DNA of 8,790 nt. Origin: a virus. Its lineage: Duplodnaviria; Heunggongvirae; Uroviricota; Caudoviricetes. The position numbers and the translations under genes were made by a program. This document shows positions 6,451 through 8,790 of this stretch, piece after piece. How positions within the stretch are numbered: the first letter of the stretch is position 1; the number at the start of each line of letters is the position of its first letter. The notes beneath the pieces were generated by a model. That model searched no databases. It had not been told where the DNA came from and saw only the letters and a program-made list of their open reading frames with translations. The stretch lies in IMG/VR virus record IMGVR_UViG_2703718806_000011, positions 1 through 8,790 of that record. One strand, 5' to 3'.

Positions 6451-6491
6451 GCCCTGCGAGTGGTAACGACACTTGCGGGGCTTTGCTTTTT
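6451..6491 (+). terminator. Terminator-like hairpin plus U-tract on the plus strand; role unclear
   Basis: GCCCTGCGAGTG (6451-6462), loop GTAACGA, CACTTGCGGGGC (6470-6481), then TTTGCTTTTT. Two G-U pairs are allowed only in the plus-strand RNA; in the minus-strand RNA they become C-A mismatches. Confidence 0.3.
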
Positions 6492-6508
6492 ACTGTACCT
6501 ACTGATAT

Positions 6509-6552
6509 TGTACGTACGTAACGGAAATGATAATAGGAGTTACGTACGTACA
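6509..6552. promoter_or_regulatory. Palindromic operator: perfect 14-bp inverted repeat TGTACGTACGTAAC / GTTACGTACGTACA, arms separated by 16 bp
   Basis: Arms at 6509-6522 and 6539-6552. Each arm contains the self-complementary 10-mer TACGTACGTA, with copies 30 bp centre to centre. Overlaps both the early promoter and the RHH translation start. Confidence 0.6.
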
Positions 6553-6558
6553 TGTCAA
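6530..6558 (-). promoter_or_regulatory. Near-consensus sigma70 promoter for the minus-strand early operon
   Basis: On the minus strand: -35 TTGACA (6558-6553), 17-bp spacer, -10 TATTAT (6535-6530). Predicted transcription start near 6523, about 100 nt upstream of the first operon gene at 6419. Confidence 0.55.
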
Positions 6559-6743
6559 CATTAAAGCGCGATAAATCGCCACGCGGTGAGGGATGGTCTC
6601 CAACCTTCCAAATCAGAATCAGTAAAGAGCTACGCCAACAAGTAAATGAAGCTGCAACTTCTGACGGTCTAACCCTTGGTAACTGGTTTAAAGAATTAGC
6701 CAGGGCAGAACTAAAGCGGCGCGGCATAGAACCCAAAGGGTAA
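6552..6743 (+). CDS. Ribbon-helix-helix (Arc/CopG-like) DNA-binding protein, 63 aa; candidate repressor of the early operon
   Basis: Strand-helix-helix pattern FQIRISKELRQQVNEAATSDGLTLGNWFKELARAEL. The only convincing plus-strand gene, divergent from the early operon. AGGAG lies 12 nt upstream of the ATG, which sits inside the operator and the spacer of the opposing promoter. Confidence 0.6.
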   Translation: MSTLKRDKSPRGEGWSPTFQIRISKELRQQVNEAATSDGLTLGNWFKELARAELKRRGIEPKG

Positions 6744-6834
6744 TTACATTGCCCACCAGCCTGATAGCGGCTATCATTCCCGTGCTTATGTTTGGGATCA
6801 CATACACATAAGGCGCAGCAGGTTAATTGTTCAG

Positions 6835-6867
6835 AAAGGCGGCTCCATATCGGGGCCGCTTTTTTTA
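6835..6867 (+). terminator. Rho-independent terminator downstream of the RHH gene; may also stop convergent alpA transcription
   Basis: AGGCGGC ... GCCGC stem followed by TTTTTTT (6861-6867). Confidence 0.5.
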
Positions 6868-7007
6868 TGCCTGAAAAACCCCAATTTTGTTGTTTTTCAG
6901 TTTCACCAGGGCGAACGAATCCCCGCCCACGTTCGGGCGCATATTCAATCTTCATGGTTATATCTCTGTATTAGTGGATGTGTGGCGACTGTGTGCCGCC
7001 AGTCTTT

Positions 7008-7196
7008 TTAGTGAACTGCCTTGCAGCTATCCTTCCAGGCCAAAACCTCAGATAAAGACCAGCCAACAGAACGCCCGCCAAGTTTACGACGTGATGGGAA
7101 TTGTCCGGCCTTTTCCAGGCGGTAGCGGCATGAGCGGCTAAGGCCTGTTAGCTTTTCGCATTCTTTTTCACGTATAAACCGATCAGTGCTTAACAC
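7008..7196 (-). CDS. alpA: AlpA-family (excisionase-like, MerR-type) phage transcriptional regulator, 62 aa, GTG start
   Basis: ...EKLTGLSRSCRYRLEKAGQFPSRRKLGGRSVGWSLSEVLAWK matches the AlpA helix-turn-helix pattern. AAGGGGG lies about 4 nt upstream of the GTG at 7196. Confidence 0.8.
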   Translation of the reverse strand: MLSTDRFIREKECEKLTGLSRSCRYRLEKAGQFPSRRKLGGRSVGWSLSEVLAWKDSCKAVH

Positions 7197-7247
7197 TATT
7201 GCCCCCTTTCGTTTCTTAAAGAGTCATCAGGTGTCTTATTGTGTCGT

Positions 7248-7276
7248 ATTGTTCCCGCTAGTGTGGTGAATGGCAA
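7248..7276 (-). promoter_or_regulatory. Candidate sigma70 promoter for alpA
   Basis: On the minus strand: -35 TTGCCA (7276-7271), 17-bp spacer, -10 AACAAT (7253-7248). TATTGT-containing direct repeats at 7231-7255 overlap the -10 and start region. Confidence 0.3.
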
Positions 7277-7345
7277 ATGTTGATGTCGTATGGTTTACAG
7301 AAAGAGGAATAATCAGGATAAAATCATTTAAATTCATGTTAATAC

Positions 7346-7378
7346 AAAGGCATAAAATCTTGTTTTATGCCTTTTTTC
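7346..7378. terminator. Hairpin terminator between int and alpA, probably bidirectional
   Basis: GGCATAAAA-tcttg-TTTTATGCC (7349-7371), followed by TTTTTT on the plus strand and by TTTGTATT on the minus strand. Confidence 0.45.
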
Positions 7379-7468
7379 GCACGCTTTAACGCGTAATTCG
7401 CTAATGTATAAAAAACCAGTTAACCAATAAAAATCAGTAACTTATAAATCTGTATTCTTTTTGGCCTC

Positions 7469-7518
7469 TTGTTCGTGATTGTGTCACGTTGTTGCACATT
7501 GTTTCACGTTGTATCTGT
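7469..7518. repeat. Five direct repeats with exact 10-bp phasing (TTGTnnCACG-like) just 3' of int
   Basis: TTGT at 7469, 7479, 7489, 7499 and 7509; units TTGTTCGTGA, TTGTGTCACG, TTGTTGCACA, TTGTTTCACG, TTGTATCTGT. Confidence 0.4.
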
Positions 7519-7560
7519 GCACTTATCCAGTATGTGCATACTGAAAAAACACGAAAAAAA

Positions 7561-8790
7561 TTATTTTATTCTGGTTACTGGTAGCGTGGTTACGTTTTCA
7601 TGTGCTCCCGCCAGTATCCCTAACCGCTCCGTCCACATATCCAGCGCATCACGTTTCGCATCGAGATAACGGGAGTGGTTATAGACTCGTTGCATCCCTG
7701 GCATCTGATGACCTGTAAGCTGCTCCACGACGTGAGGATCCACGCCCAAATCATTCAGCATCGTTGTAAAGGTGCGCCGGATGTCATGCAATGACCATTG
7801 AGGGTGTTTTAGCCTCCTGTGCGCTAATCTGCCGTACTGCGATACGCTGGCCTCCTGTTTCACTTCCCCCAGTAATAAGCCCGTGTGCCTGTTCTGGTCC
7901 ACCAGCCGCGTGACGAACGGCAGGATCGCTTCCGGTATGGGCCGGAATATTGCAACCTTCGTTTTGCTGTGCTCCTTCGGAACGGTCCATAGCATTTCGG
8001 TAAAATCCCACTCGCTGATCTCCGATAACCTCAGTTCTACCGTCCTGGCTCCGAAGACAATCAGGAGGCGGATTAACGCGACGTAGTAAGGAGAAAATAT
8101 TTTTTTATCCAGCGCCTGCAATAACTCGCCCAGTTCTTTGGTGCTTAAGACACGTTCGCTTATATCCGGTTTTTTCCCAACGTCCGCCACGTTCAGATCG
8201 TCCAGAACGTTGCTGATTGCATAGCGCCGCCTACGGCAGAATTTAAGCGCCTGTTTGCATGTCTGTAGCAAGAATCCGGCAGTAACAGGTGTTCGCTTTG
8301 CCACCTGATCAAAACAGGCCAGCCAGTGCCGTAGCTCGCATTTATCCAGCGGCATAGCACCAATTTTGATGATTATGTTTTTATTGATCCGGCTTTTCAG
8401 TGATTCGTAATCTGTGCGCTTTTCCTTTGCGTACGACTCAAGCCAGTAGGTGAGCGCATCGCCAACCGTTGCAGGCTTTAACGCTTCCTGCATGGTGTAA
8501 TTCAGTTCATAGCGTGGATTTTTCCCCTCAGCCAGCCATGCGCGACACTGTGCGGCTTTTTCCCTGGCTGCTTTCAGGCTCAGATCGGGATAATTTCCCA
8601 GCTTAACGCGTTCAGGTTGTGTCCCTCTTCCCGTTCCGGCCCTGTATGTGAAATACCAGGTTAAAAGGCCGCTGGTTGAATGCCTGACGCTCAGGTTTCC
8701 ACCGTCATTAAGAAAGGCTGTTTTTTGGGCGGGTGTGCCGTTGATTTTCCTTAGCTGTGTGTCACTCAGTTTGTTAAGTGCTCTGCTCAT
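7561..8790 (-). CDS. int: P4-type tyrosine integrase (site-specific recombinase), 409 aa
   Basis: N-terminal arm-binding-type region (LSDTQLRKINGTPAQKTAFLNDGGNLSV...), and C-terminal catalytic motifs HDIRRT (HxxR) and GHQ...VYNHSRY (catalytic Tyr). The ATG is the last three bases of the window (8788-8790). Confidence 0.9.
   Translation of the reverse strand: MSRALNKLSDTQLRKINGTPAQKTAFLNDGGNLSVRHSTSGLLTWYFTYRAGTGRGTQPERVKLGNYPDLSLKAAREKAAQCRAWLAEGKNPRYELNYTMQEALKPATVGDALTYWLESYAKEKRTDYESLKSRINKNIIIKIGAMPLDKCELRHWLACFDQVAKRTPVTAGFLLQTCKQALKFCRRRRYAISNVLDDLNVADVGKKPDISERVLSTKELGELLQALDKKIFSPYYVALIRLLIVFGARTVELRLSEISEWDFTEMLWTVPKEHSKTKVAIFRPIPEAILPFVTRLVDQNRHTGLLLGEVKQEASVSQYGRLAHRRLKHPQWSLHDIRRTFTTMLNDLGVDPHVVEQLTGHQMPGMQRVYNHSRYLDAKRDALDMWTERLGILAGAHENVTTLPVTRIK

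Larger units (their letters stand above)
1..8790. mobile_element. Part of an integrated phage satellite / cryptic prophage (P4-like integrase, AlpA, replication ATPase, own capsid gene); element continues beyond both window edges
   Basis: Gene content and order read from the sequence: int, alpA, regulator, early operon, rep, ori, capsid module. Nearly all genes are co-oriented on the minus strand with 4-8 nt overlaps. Confidence 0.7.

Noticed and set aside
6407-6955. 182-aa minus-strand ORF spanning the RHH gene region
   Set aside because: It is antisense to the well-supported RHH gene and runs through the operator, the promoter and a terminator hairpin. It has Cys/Trp/Arg-rich low-complexity composition and no RBS. 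The true first operon gene starts at 6419 with a strong GAGGAG.
6792-7141. Plus-strand ORFs 6792-6974 and 6887-7141
   Set aside because: They span the RHH terminator and are antisense to alpA, with no RBS; likely chance ORFs.
7270-7390. 39-codon plus-strand ORF between alpA and int
   Set aside because: It runs through the terminator hairpin, has a weak RBS, and overlaps the candidate alpA promoter.
7784-8086. ORFs 7784-8011 (-) and 7883-8086 (+) inside the integrase gene
   Set aside because: Alternative-frame or antisense ORFs within a well-supported integrase.

Overview
This window looks like the integrase-proximal part of an integrated phage satellite or cryptic prophage of the P4/PICI type from an enterobacterium, with every supported gene but one on the minus strand. 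Reading right to left: a complete P4-type tyrosine integrase, an AlpA-family regulator, a small plus-strand ribbon-helix-helix (RHH) gene facing a near-consensus promoter and palindromic operator, six tightly coupled small genes, a replication ATPase, an iteron-rich putative origin, two more small genes (one a truncated SSB-like protein), and a capsid module encoding a ClpP-like protease fused to an HK97-fold major capsid protein. No tRNA, rRNA, CRISPR array or IS element was recognised. All calls rest on reading the sequence and on remembered family motifs; no database search or folding was run. The most interesting items are the RHH/operator switch, the SSB C-terminal-tip mini-protein, the ~95-bp direct repeats bracketing the capsid cassette, and the uncharacterised six-gene early operon.
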